Shown in pieces: positions 25,821 to 39,600 of a stretch of 64,000 bases of DNA (its first letter is position 1; each line of letters begins with the position of its first letter). The stretch is taken from positions 20,462,001 through 20,526,000 of the forward strand of contig NC_058369.1 in the NCBI RefSeq assembly GCF_018350175.1, in the 5' to 3' direction. The DNA comes from Felis catus. Lineage: Eukaryota. The translations under genes and the position numbers were made by a program. The notes beneath the pieces are model-generated. The model was not told the origin of the DNA. It was given only the letters and a program-made list of their open reading frames with translations, and ran no database searches.

Positions 25821-27313
25821 CCACTTCTGTGGGCCGCATAATGGGCCTCTGGGACTGGTGCTGTGTTTAAAGCCCTGTGTCTTTTGTGAGGCTGTCTTAG
25901 TGAGGGGGGCAGGGATTGCTGTGTGGTCCTCTTACCTCAGCACCCTGCTGCTATCAACCCCTCTGCTCCAAGGGCCCAGCTCATCACTCACTTACCCCAG
26001 GCAGCAGTTGCTCTGAACCAGCCAGAGAGGATGAGAGCAGCCAGGGCTGGAAGACAACATATCTGTCTCCCCAGCCTTGTCTGACAGCTCTGAACCCTCA
26101 TTCTGCTGTCACCTCACCTACCTCCCATTAGCAATGGAGTTTGTGTTTGTGTTTGATGTGTGTGTTTCACAGCCATGCTCTTTCCAACCCAGTGGGGGTA
26201 CTGGGTTTCTGCATCCTGGGATAAAGTCTATCCTTTCTTGGTGACACCCCTCCCCCCTAACTGCCAAACACACATGTAGGTGCATGTGCCAGAGGGACCT
26301 GGGCTTGGCATGTGCTCATTAGCATGTGTCTGAGCTAGCTTTGCCTCTGCTGACACCTGTGGAAGAAAGGGCAGTGCCAGGGGAGCAGATATAGGGATGC
26401 TGTGTGCCTTAGCACCTAGTGTGTGCATGCTTCATGCAGGCTCCAGGGCTAAACCTGGGTGTGGGCCCCCTCCCCCGAACCCTTCAGCACAATCAGGGGC
26501 TGCAGTTTATCCACCACCTTCTACCCATGGGGGCGTCCTTCTCCATTCTGCTGCAGGAGAGAAGAAGAGTCAAGAGCATCTTCTCAGAGCTGTCCTCCCT
26601 CTGCTCGGGCTCCAGCTCCTGTTCCCTCCTACGCAGCAGCCAGTTTCAGGAGCCTACTCCCCACCCCTCCTCCCCTCCCAGATCCCCTGCCAGCCCCAGC
26701 ATGTCCCTTAGGGTTGACCCTAGTCACTGGCTCTGTAGCACCCCCCACACACCCCAGGTTGATATATCTTTGCCATAAATATTTGTATATGAGGGTGGGG
26801 ATTAGTGGAGGTTGGTGGGGGAGGAGGTCAGGGCGGGGTGTGTGTAGGGGGTGGATAGCAGCTTTAAAGGTCATCTGCAGGAAGAGGAGGCCCCATTCTC
26901 CTCTGACCGCCCCCCCCCCATCTCTTCCTCTAGTGACTCAGGCCCCAGCTCTCACGTAGGGCCAAAGACATATGCCCCTACCCCAGGCCTGGCATGTGGA
27001 CTGAGCTGCAGTCTGTGGATGGAGAGAATGGATGTGAGGACAGGGAAAGACTCGTCGCAGCAGGCTAAGCTCTCTACCTATCTCCCACATGCCCCCTTAC
27101 CTATCTCCCAAAGGCACCTTTGGACCCTACGGCTAGCCCCTCCGCTCTCAAAGATGGAACGCCATAACACTGTGCGCACCTCCTGGGGCTCAGTGACCTT
27201 ACCAGCCCCGTGTCCCTTGTCCCGTGCCCGCTGCTCTGTGGGATGCAGTCTGACCGCGGGGTAGAGGGGGCAGATAGGCACCTGCTCCTGCGCATAGCAG
27301 GAGCGCCCGAGGA

Positions 27314-27339
27314 TTCAGCACCACGCGGTGGACAGCGCC
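27314..27339 (+). promoter_or_regulatory. REST/NRSF RE1 element with expanded 7-nt spacer
   Basis: TTCAGCACC-acgcggt-GGACAGCGCC: both half-sites match the consensus exactly. Confidence 0.85.
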
Positions 27340-27529
27340 GGGACGAAAGCCCCGCGAAGAGCAGAAGCCAGAGGCGCAGGGCACGGAGCGGTGCAGGAGT
27401 CTGGAGGGAGGCGGAGGCCAGGTTGGGAGCGGGAGATCCGGAGTGGGGAGGAACGGAGGAGGGGCTGGGGGCGGGCCGGGGCCAGGGGCGGGGCGGGCCG
27501 CTATTGAAAGCGGCCGGGCGAGCGGGCGG

Positions 27530-27635
27530 ACGGAGAGCGCAGAGCTGCCGAGAGAGCGAGCTAGTGAGCGAGAGCTGGAACCCTGCGCCCCCGGCTCCTC
27601 TCCGTTTCTCTCCGCGCCGGAGTCGGGCGCTCCAG
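27530..27635 (+). other. GRM2: GRM2 non-coding exon 1 (start approximate; donor cag|gtaggg at 27636 or gg|gtaagc at 27641)
   Basis: Lies downstream of the TATA-like box in the CpG island and ends in two adjacent donor-like sites; exon 2 has an acceptor upstream of its ATG, so an upstream exon is required. Confidence 0.65.
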
Positions 27636-29259
27636 GTAGGGTAAGCCCGTGGTGCCGCGGCCGCCGCCGACCTTATAGATCCTGACCCCATGTCCCAGCG
27701 TCCCGCGGGCCCTCGAGTTCTGGGGCGCTCGGGCCGGGGCGTCCAGCCAGAGCTCGCCAGGAGCTCTGGGAAGCGGGAAGACAACCCCAGGCGTCCCGCC
27801 TTTCTTCCCCAGAGAACGCACGCCCTGCATCACGCTCCTTCGTTCCTCCTCTCCTTACATCCTTTGGTCTGTCTTTCTGTCTGTGCCTCTATCTTTGTGT
27901 CAGCCTACCGGTCTCAATCACTCCTTGCCCAGGCCCCCTGGCTGCCCGCCTCTGGGATTCTATCTCCCTTCAGGGTATTGTCCCTGTCTGAATTTGGGTC
28001 CTGGCCGCCCCTGTGGGAGGCTTGTGGTTTTGACCCGTTTGGACCTCAGCCCCCATCTGGGTCCCTTCCTCATCTGTGTTGGTCTTCATGCTTGCCTCTC
28101 TCTCCTGGTTGCCTGGTTGAACTGCTGCTTTCCCGGTACCCACAGGATCCCAGTCTCCTTGCCCTGGCACCAGTGGGAGATTAACCCTGGGGAGCTGAGG
28201 GGCAAAGTGAAGAACCCCAGTCTCTGTGCCAGGACATGGGGTCCTTGAACTAGTGGCTAACCTTATTCAGCCTCAGTTTCCTTTTCCTAGCCTTCCCAAG
28301 CCTGCGTGATTGTGAGAGCCTGTGTGGGGTGGGCATCTGGGAGGGTAGCTGGGGCACAAATGAAGTGCATAGTGGAAGAGGGAAGGAGGGGTCCCTGAGG
28401 GCCAGGGCCAGGGTGGACAGGATAGGGAAAGGATGAGGATAAGGAGATTAGAGATGGTTCTGATGCTTGGTTCTGAGCTGAAGAAAACACAGGGGCACAA
28501 AGTCTCAAACAGCATTCTATGCAGAGCTGAGGTGCCCAAAAGTCTCACCTTGAGCAATTTTGAGATTTTGACTAGATGAACTGACCCTGTCCCTGGACAC
28601 ACACATATGCTCACATTGACTTTTCCTGTTGACTTAAGACCTGTGGCCACTTCAGTTTCCCTCCCTGGGGCCAACCTCTCCACCTTGCTGTCAAACTCCC
28701 AGGGTCTAGAGTCTCTATTACATCCTCAGTCAGGGGCTCTGGGGATGGCTTTTTAAGAACTAGAGGCTAGGACCCTTGGGTGCTCACCCTGGGTTCCAGG
28801 CTCTCTAGGAGTTGGAGACTACCCTTCGGAGATTTTTCCTTCCCTCTTCTGTGGTGGTTTCTCAGGCACAATGGCTCATTTCTGGGAATGCAAGATTCAA
28901 GATAGAGATTGGACCCCTAAGTTTATACTCTAACCTGGCTCCTGCTGCAAAGGTGTTGACTTTGGGGTCCTGGGAGATTTGTGCAAGGTCTTGGACACTC
29001 TTTGATTCACAGCAGGATTGGTGTTAGCTGAGTTCTCCTAACTTAATGTCTGAGCCTCTACTCTCTGCCTCCCTCCCTCTCTGCTGAGTATGGAATGGGC
29101 ACAGAGGCCATCTAAAGACCCAGATGAGGGCAAGGCTGAGAAACAGGTCAATGGGTGTCTCAGGAGCTTCTCAGCTTAGTCAGTGATACCACCTCTCCCT
29201 GGCTCCCTAGGAAAGTCCCTAGGTGAGGGAATTGGGGACGGCAGAGTCAGAAGGGGTAG

Positions 29260-29976
<717 letters not shown>

Positions 29977-30159
29977 TAGGCTGCCATGTATTAGAAGGGG
30001 GGCGAGGAGCTTCCTTTAAGTAGCTTTTTACAGAATACCAAGAAAGTGCCCCTGTCACATGATGCAGGCTGACTTTTAGAAATTGTATAAGGAAAACATC
30101 CCACTTGCATCACATACACACACACAGCTGATGTTAAAGAGTCCTAAGAAGCTTAATAG

Positions 30160-30480
30160 CCAGGCCTCTTGGATCAGAACCCCAGGTGTGAATCCTGGCT
30201 CCCAGACATACTATGTGACACTGGATGCTATTTCTTCTGTGCCTCAGTTTCCTCCTTACAGAACAGGATTCATAACACTTGCCACTCTTAAGGTTGCGGT
30301 GGAAATTTAATGAGGTAATACATGCAAAGCTTGTGTCAGAGGCATAATCAATATTAACTGCTATTGTTATTAACCCATTTTATAGATGAGGAAACTGAGG
30401 CTTGAAGAGTGGCAGGTACTGGCAAAGTGGAGACATTCACCTAGAGCTCACAGCCAAGGGCCTCCAGCTCTGTCAGATCA
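30160..30480. mobile_element. Two adjacent MIR fragments in opposite orientation
   Basis: + core tctgtgcctcagtttcctcc and - core cccattttatagatgaggaaactgaggc. Confidence 0.75.
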
Positions 30481-32249
30481 CCTCTCCATGGACTAGAAAG
30501 GGGTGAAAGATAGAAGCCAGGAGCATCCCAGAGAAGAGAAACAGGGATGGGGACCCCGCAGGAAGAGAAGCAGAATGGGTGAAGTGGGGGGAGGGTCCCT
30601 TAGGGTCTTTGGGGGGACAGGATTTGCAGGGGTGGGAAGGTAAGGGAATGAGACCCTCCCTCCTGCTTTCTCACAGACTGGCCCAGCTGATATCCCTGGG
30701 CATGCGTGGCTGCTTTAGCCCATGTGGGACCCTCCCCCTCCCTGACTGGGTCCCACCTCTTGCCTGGACACTTACCTGCCTGGTGCCCAGAATAGGTTGC
30801 CAGAAGATGTGGCCAGAACTGGGATCAGGATTAGGATTTGCATAGAGGGCCTTGCCTGGGGCTTCAGCTTCCTTTACGAGGCCAGCTAAGGGCACTGCAG
30901 TCAGAGGCAGGGCCAGGACCCCTGACTTGGCACACTTAGTCAGGAGAAATGAAGCAGGAGTCTGAACTGTGGAGGCAGCTTCTGACCTGGGATGGGGGAG
31001 GCCTCCTCATCCTCTTACTGCAGGAAGTGAGTTACCTGTTCTGCTAGTCCCAGCTGCTGGAGGTGGCCAGTAGCAATTTGGACAGGTATGGCTGTGCCGG
31101 CACCCACATCTGCCACATCCCACCTGCTGATGCTTTCAGGGGCCTCCAGGGTGCTTTCCCAGCATCCACCCTCTCCACAGTTCTTAGGGCTCCATGCATT
31201 CATCTCCAGGAGTCCAGTTACTTTCCTCCCACCCCAAGCTGCCTGCCTCCTGTACCAGGGCCCACACTTCAAAATTGGTCTGCTTTTTCCTTGTCTGAGT
31301 CAAAACAAGGCCCAGCCCTTCATCTTAGGCTGAACCTGCCTGTTAATAATTCCTCCTCATTTCAACCCCATCTCTCCTGCCCAAACCCCTATCGTCTTCC
31401 TTTTGCCCGGCACTGTGACCTCACATGCATTTTCATTTTTCCCTATTCAGCAGCCTCATCAGGCAGGAATGAGAAACTGAGGCTCAGGGAGGTTTGCTAA
31501 CTTGCCCAGGGACACAGAGGCAGAAAGTACGAGAGGAGAAGGCATTGAGACTGTCAGAGTAAGAGCCTGTGTCCCAGGTGCAAAGGCAGGACCTAGCTCC
31601 CACGTGTAGAACCTGGGCCTTGTCCTGCTCTCACCTACCCATCCCACCATGTCCTTGTCTGTCTCCCACTCTGGCGGGCAGGTCCTAGGGACCCAAGGGT
31701 AGGAGATGGCCTGCCAGGTGGTCAGCGGTAAGCAGGAAGCCTTGTTTATTTCAAGTTCAGCCATCCGATGGCAGCCAAGATCTGGGTCTCCTTTCCTGAG
31801 GAAGCCTTTTCCTTCTTTCTCCATCATTCCATCAGGATGGACTCTGGGGAAAGGTTACCTGCCCCAAATAGGTAGAGAGCCCAAGAGCCCTGAGCATCCC
31901 AGCTAGTGCCCTGCCCCCCGCCCTGTGCAGCCAAGTACCAACCTCTCCCCAGCCCAAGCTTTGGGCCTTCCCTTGCTTCCCTACTTTTGCTACTGCTCTG
32001 CATCTGAAGGGGGACAGTAGAGGGGTCCTGGTGTGGCTCCGGAGCCAGGTGCCTCAGCCCTAGGTCTTCTCTCTCCCAGCCCTTGGGAAGGAGTGGAACA
32101 CTCCCTACCCCCAGAGGGAAGACACATCAAGACAGGGTATGGGTCTTTGGGGAGAAGCAGACCTCAGGGCTGACTACACAGACACTTGATCCCAAGGTCG
32201 AGTAGCTGTGAGGAACACACCTGTCTTTCGAGTTTGACCTGATCTCTGA

Positions 32250-33128
<879 letters not shown>

Positions 33129-34614
33129 TAGTGTCCAGCAGTTTTCTGGCCTTCAGCAGGCAAGAGGGATCGGGTCTTCAGGTTCCATTACCTGACTAAG
33201 AAAACGTAGCCTACAGCAAGTGAGGGAGTCACCCGGGGTGGGGGAGGGCTGGGATGTGATCCAGGACAAGGATGGCTAGACAGAGGGGACTCCAACTGAA
33301 GCCAGGGCTGAGGTTTCACTTTCTGGCCTGGTCCTGCACTGAGGGTCTCTAGTTCCTGTTTGAACCTTGCTCTCTCTCTCCATTCTGCCTCTTTATCATG
33401 CGGAGAGTAGGGACTGGGGGCCCTCGAGCCCATTCTCAGGCAGCAAAACATCAGTGGGAGTCAGAATAAGGGTGGGTTGAGAGTGAGCATCAGGTGGCAC
33501 TCTATTTTCTGGGAAAATTCTATTCCTCATCTTGATTTTCCATTCAAGGTGGCCACAGTCTCTTCATACCAAAATTTATTTTAATGAACGTTCCAGCTTT
33601 ACAAAAAATGAACGCCTCAGAATCCTCACTGTGCTTCAGGAAGCATCACTGTAGGAGCAGTGGGAGGGTGCCAGGGCCCCCAAAGCTTACTGGCCCAGGG
33701 TTAAGATGAATAATAATTCCAATGAGATTTATATTCAGAGTTGTGGGAGAATCAGGGGAGGGGTTAGGATTGGACTCGGGTGCATGAGGTTGCCATCAGA
33801 GCAAGGCTCAATTCAGCCCACTGAGCTAGGTAGGATTTATTGGAGGGCTCAAGTTGGATTCTGAGGACTTTGAGGCTGGCTTGAAGGAGCAGGGGTTACA
33901 TGGAACCTGCAAGGGACTCCAGGCTGCATCATTCACCATATGGAGCCTTATGCACATCATCTGCTAGTATGAACCCCAACTTCTCACTGGGACCTGGGAT
34001 GACAGGGGTCCTGCTTCCTCTTGAGCCTGGCTGGGAGATGTGAGGTTCCCGGGTGAGGGGAGATGGGGAAGAGAAGTGCCTTATGAGCTGCGTGATGAGC
34101 ACATCTAAAGTTGGGGTTCAGCTAGCACTGATGTGAGTATTAGGACTAGAGGGGAGAGAGTTGACTTGTCATCAAGAGAATTAAGTGGGACCAGGACTGG
34201 ACCTGAGGCTGAATTTAGGTGTGAGGGTGTCCGTGTTAAGTCTGGGGGGAGGGCTGCAGTGTGTGTTGTGATAAGGTTGGGGTCTAGGGTCTGGGGTCTG
34301 GGTTGGAAGTTACTGGAGACTAGGCATAAAGCTAGGTTTTGGGGAGTCATGGTTGGGCGTCGGTGTGGACATTAGGTTTGTGGAGATGCCTGGGCTTTGA
34401 GGTTGGGGTTTTATTTGGAGTTTAGAGTTGAGATTTGTTGTAGCCTCTCATTTAGAACAATGGCTGGGGTTAAGTCCAGCTTTAGTGTTGGGATGGGGCT
34501 CAGAAGGACAAGGAGTGGCCTCAGGTCGGGGTCTGGGTTCCATGTTAGGGTGAGGGTGGAGGTCACATCAAGACTACCCACCAATCCAACCTTCTCTTCC
34601 CTCCCCAATTCCAG

Positions 34615-35690
34615 CCCCCTTCCGCCCAGCTGACACACACAATGAAGTCCGCTTCGACCGCTTTGGTGATGGTATCGGTCGCTACAACATCTTCACCTAC
34701 CTGCGGGCAGGCAGTGGGCGCTATCGCTACCAGAAGGTGGGCTACTGGGCAGAAGGCCTGACCCTGGACACCAGCCTCATCCCATGGGCCTCGCCCTTGG
34801 CTGGCCCCCTGCCCACGTCTCGCTGCAGTGAGCCCTGTCTCCAGAATGAGGTGAAGAGTGTGCAGCCAGGGGAGGTCTGCTGCTGGCTCTGCATCCCCTG
34901 CCAGCCTTACGAGTACCGGCTGGACGAGTTCACTTGTGCTGACTGTGGCCTGGGCTACTGGCCCAACGCCAGCCTGACTGGCTGCTTTGAGCTGCCCCAG
35001 GAGTACATCCGCTGGGGCGATGCTTGGGCCGTGGGACCAGTCACCATTGCCTGCCTAGGCGCTCTGGCCACCCTCTTCGTGCTGGGTGTCTTCGTGCGGC
35101 ACAATGCCACCCCAGTGGTTAAGGCCTCAGGCCGAGAGCTCTGCTACATCCTGCTGGGCGGTGTCTTCCTCTGCTACTGCATGACCTTCATCTTCATTGC
35201 CAAGCCATCCACGGTGGTGTGCACCCTACGGCGCCTTGGTTTGGGCACCGCCTTCTCTGTCTGCTACTCAGCTCTGCTCACCAAGACCAACCGCATCGCG
35301 CGCATCTTCGGTGGGGCCCGGGAGGGAGCCCAGCGGCCACGCTTCATCAGTCCTGCCTCACAGGTGGCCATCTGCCTGGCGCTTATCTCGGGCCAGCTGC
35401 TCATTGTGGCTGCCTGGCTGGTGGTGGAGGCACCGGGCACCGGCAAGGAGACAGCCCCGGAGCGGCGGGAGGTGGTGACATTGCGCTGCAACCATCGAGA
35501 TGCAAGCATGCTGGGCTCACTGGCCTACAACGTGCTCCTCATCGCGCTCTGCACGCTCTATGCCTTCAAGACCCGCAAGTGCCCCGAGAACTTCAATGAG
35601 GCCAAATTCATAGGCTTTACCATGTACACCACCTGCATCATCTGGCTGGCCTTCCTGCCCATCTTCTATGTCACCTCCAGTGACTACCGG
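34615..35690 (+). CDS. GRM2: GRM2 coding exon 3 (APFRPADTHNEVRFDRFGDG, cysteine-rich domain, TM1-TM6 ...VTSSDYR), 1076 nt
   Basis: ttccag acceptor, cgg|gtgagc donor, class C GPCR cysteine-rich and 7TM sequence. Confidence 0.98.
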
Positions 35691-36149
35691 GTGAGCCACC
35701 TGCCACAGAGTGGCAGCGGGGTTGGGGGTGGGTCCTGGACCTCTTGTTTCCTGGTGTCTCATTTACTCTTCTGATAACTCTGAGGCTCCAATAGGCTGAA
35801 AGCTCACCCAGCTTGCAGTGGCCCAGTTGGGACTGGATCCCAGGGGAAGGTGGGAAGGTTGAGTGGGGACTAAGACAATGGACAAGGAGGTGGAGGAGTT
35901 AGAGCTGAGATTTCAGGACTCAGATGTCACCCCCTAAGCTCGAGGAGAGGCATGGACTGAAATATGTCCAGATGGGCCGATGCTCTGCCCTGCTCCATGG
36001 AGGGGTTGGCTGCAGAAGGGGACACTTGGTTTCTGCTCTTGGGTAGCTCCTGGGCTAGTGGGTGGGTGACCAGGGGATCAACTAAAGAACTAAGTCAGGA
36101 AATGCTGTTGACTTGTTTAGGTCCTAGTGAGAGCACAGAAGAGGGAGGT

Positions 36150-36168
36150 GTGTGTGTGGTGTGTATGT

Positions 36169-36260
<92 letters not shown>

Positions 36261-36278
36261 AAGAAAGAGAGAGAGAGA
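36150..36278. repeat. Compound (TG)n(GA)n microsatellite in a GRM2 intron
   Basis: Directly visible. Confidence 0.95.
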
Positions 36279-36859
36279 ATCATGGAGGGCTTCTTGGAAG
36301 AGGAGTCCTTGAACTGGGCTCTGCAAGACAGGCAGGTTTCAATAGGTTGGATGGAGAAGGTAGGGAAGGGCAGTCAATACAGAGGCCGATTGGAGCAGAG
36401 GGCGTGCATTGACCTCCCTTGTTGAGGAGGGGAGGCACAAATGGTGCAAGATAGGCAGAGGTGAGGGTGGAAAGTGGGAATGGGAATGGTGGGCTATCAG
36501 GCCACATGGTCTCAGAGGGTACCATGCTCTGATGCCTCTTGGAGCCTTGCAGTGTAGCACAGTGCCCCTGGAGTTGTGCAGCTCTGGGGTTGAGAGATGA
36601 AAGCAGGAAAGGCAGAGAAGCTAAAGCACAGAGCAGTAGGAGATCTAGGGGATAGGGTTGAGGGAGTTCTAAGCAGGTGGAAACTGTACCCCAGTTGGTG
36701 GCTTCCAAGCAAAGTTCCAACTGGCACTGAGTGTCTCATAGGTCTCCTCACCTTCTAGGGGGCCATGGCTGCTTTAAATGGGGGTGGTCAGGGAATGCCT
36801 CTCTGCAGAGGTGACAGATGAGCTCTCCTCTAGACAGTAAGAGGATCGTCTTGGTGAAT

Positions 36860-36990
36860 CCTCACGACTCTGGAGTAAACTCCGTGGCTCTCCCCATTTT
36901 ACAGACGAAGAAACGGAGACTCAGGGAGGTTCAATCCCTTGCCTGAGGTCACTCAGCTTGGGAGTGTAGAGCAGGGTCTGAACTGACAAT
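36860..36990 (-). mobile_element. MIR fragment
   Basis: ccccattttacagacgaagaaacggagactcagggaggtt...ttgcctgaggtcactcagc. Confidence 0.75.
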
Positions 36991-37236
36991 CTTAACAATT
37001 AAAGGAGCAGGAAAATCGAGACAAGAGCCCCTGCAAAGGCCCTTTCCCCCAGGACAGAGGTATGGTGGGCAGTGCTGGGGGCCAGGGCGGCTGGGTTTGG
37101 CTGTTGTTGCACCTGCTGGGCCACCTGCCTGGTTGGTGGAGGCCAGGGCTGGGGAGGGAATCTGCTCTGACTCAGCCTGCATTTGCATATGATTTGCATT
37201 TGCATGCCAATCATAGTTGGCTAAGGACTAACCTGG

Positions 37237-37370
37237 ACACACACACACGCAGTATCCACACATGCACACATGCACACACACACACACACACACACATACC
37301 TGCACGCATATGCATGCAGATACACACTTATACACACACTGGCAGACACACTCCGATGCACACATACATT
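37237..37370. repeat. Imperfect (CA)n low-complexity tract
   Basis: Directly visible. Confidence 0.85.
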
Positions 37371-37595
37371 CCTGCAACCCTGCATGTTCACCCCCCTCAG
37401 CTGGAACTTTGATCTCCCTGGGAAGGTGGTTCACGGGCTGACGCTGGGACTGTGCCCACCTTCCTAGAAATCCTTTGGGGCTTGGCAAATGGACCAAGAC
37501 CCAGTGTTGGATGCTTACCATCTCCCCTACTCCCTAACCCTGCAGCCTGACAGGGGTCATGGGGCCAGACTCATCCTTGACTTCACCCATCCCAG

Positions 37596-37776
37596 GTGCA
37601 GACCACCACCATGTGCGTGTCGGTCAGCCTCAGCGGCTCTGTGGTGCTCGGCTGTCTCTTTGCGCCCAAGCTGCACATCATCCTTTTCCAGCCACAGAAG
37701 AACGTGGTTAGCCATCGTGCACCCACCAGCCGCTTCAGCAGCGCCGCCACCAGGGCCAGCTCCAGCCTCGGCCAAG
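37596..37776 (+). CDS. GRM2: GRM2 coding exon 4 (TM7 and proximal tail, VQTTTMCVSVSLSG...SSLGQ), 181 nt
   Basis: cccag acceptor, caag|gtcagc donor, frame consistent. Confidence 0.97.
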
Positions 37777-38005
37777 GTCAGCATTCACCCTAAGCAGCCT
37801 GCTCTCTGCCTCAGCTCCTCAACATGGGGACCACTCCTTGGGTTGCTGGGATTCCTTGGCTGGAGGTGGAGAGCTCCTTAGATGAGGCTGGATAGGAGAG
37901 GGAGGGGTGAAGGCGGGAAACTTCCCTCCACACTCCTGCTTGCCCTGCTGCCTGCCTCTGTAAAGGACCTCAGGGTTGGCCCCAATCTTTGACTTCCTTT
38001 CCTAG

Positions 38006-38079
38006 GGTCTGGCTCCCAGTTTGTCCCCACCGTTTGCAACGGCCGTGAGGTGGTAGATTCAACAACATCGTCGCTTTGA
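38006..38079 (+). CDS. GRM2: GRM2 terminal coding exon (GSGSQFVPTVCNGREVVDSTTSSL*), PDZ-ligand C-terminus
   Basis: cctag acceptor; exon sum 450+838+1076+181+74=2619 nt = 872 aa + stop. Confidence 0.97.
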
Positions 38080-38555
38080 AGACCCCACATTCCTGCCCCC
38101 ACACAGCTGCTCCCTGGAATCCGGTGCACCCCCACATCCAGGGCCAGGAGGAAGTCAGCTGGAGCATTGCAATAACCCCAACTCCATGCCCGCCCCCGCA
38201 GCCACTTACCTACCTACTTATTCCAACCCTTCAGAGTCAGAAGTCAGGGTCCTTGGCCCGGGAGCCTCTGCAGCAGCCACCAACTGTCCTCGCAGCGTGT
38301 CCCCTCCTTGCTAGGCCCGGGTAGGACTCAGAAGGGAGCAAGCCAGGGTCTACTCTGCCCTGGAACAGGATGGCCGAGGACCACCGGCCCCAATCCACAA
38401 TCAGCAAAGGTGCTTCCAGCCCCACCCTTCCCTCCTTCTAGGGCCTTTTTAATTTTTTACATAAGTTATTCTGGGATGGGGAGGGGGGTTATTGTGGGGG
38501 CCATCCCTCCCCGTGCATAGTAGTTTGTCCTGTGGTTTATTTTGTATTACCTGTA

Positions 38556-38561
38556 AATAAA
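38556..38561 (+). terminator. GRM2: GRM2 polyadenylation signal AATAAA
   Basis: AATAAA about 480 nt after the stop with upstream TGTA and U-rich elements. Confidence 0.85.
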
Positions 38562-39600
38562 GTGTCTTTATTTAAAAAAAAATCACTCGTTGCCTTTGAC
38601 CCAGGGAGACCGTCATGCCCTCCACGGCCGCCCAACCTTCCTTTCCATAGTATTTGTTGACTCTGATCTGTGCCTGCTCTGTGCCGGATGCTAGGATCTG
38701 GCAGCCAGCAAGACAGACCCAGTCCTGCTTGGTTGGGGAGACAGAAGATGAAAAAGCCATCCTCTCTGAAAAGGATCCCCCGCAGAGCAGCCAAGAAACT
38801 ACTGGGATGAGAGCAGGGGTCTCCAAGGGACTCACGCTCCTCTGACAGCGCAAGGGAGGACCCGGATGGAGTGGGCGGTAGGGCAGGAGGGGCGGCCGAC
38901 TGTGACCCGTAACTGTGGGCTTTTCCACAGCTGGCCTGCCTGGCACTCGGAAGAGCTACTGGTTAGCACAAAGCCAGGCTGAGCCTTGGTATGGAGGGAA
39001 CCAAGAGGAGACACAGCTGAACATTGCCTGTTCGGGTACCGTGTACAGAGCCGGAAAGAGCTGGTGTGGAGGGAGGAGATGAAGCAGGAAGGACAGAGCC
39101 TGGGCAGTTAGAGAGGTCATCTGCTGTCAGACTGTGAGAGGTGGAAGAAGGGGCCTCCTCCAGTCTCGGAGGAGCTCTCCCCCAACTGCCTGGGTCGTGG
39201 GGCCCGGGGCCCCGGGGCCCTAGGGCATCCTCCCACCCCCGCACTTGCCATCTGGGGCTCACCAGCAGAGGGCGCAGAGGCAGGGTTTCAGGCACAGCAC
39301 TCAGCCAGGCAACCGCTGCCCTCCTGTGGCTTAGGGGGGCAGTGGGCACAGAACTCAAACAGGAGCAGAACCTGGCACCTTCTGGGGTGCCCCGGCACTG
39401 CGGAGTCTCAGAGGGACAAGGTCTTGTGTTGGGAGATGGGCAGGCCAGGGACATTGGTTGTTTTTAAGTTAATTCATTTGCAGTTACAGGCTAGCAAGGC
39501 TGTGGAAATTTGGGTTAACAATTTTAAAAATATAAACAGAAAACAAAACAAAACAACAATTGCAGGAGTGGCTCTTCCTCTCCAGCCAATATCTGAAGTG

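Larger units (their letters stand above)
27200..27840 (+). promoter_or_regulatory. GRM2: GRM2 CpG-island promoter with GC boxes and TATA-like ctattgaaa (27501-27509)
   Basis: Dense CpG, ggggcggg boxes at about 27467-27497, located 1.7 kb upstream of the first coding exon. Confidence 0.85.

Noticed and set aside
27101..28184. Long Arg/Pro/Gly-rich ORFs over the GRM2 promoter
   Set aside because: CpG-island stop-codon depletion
37777..37793. Short alternative GRM2 C-terminus (GQHSP*) by intron retention
   Set aside because: Canonical donor and intact last exon present; no evidence for retention
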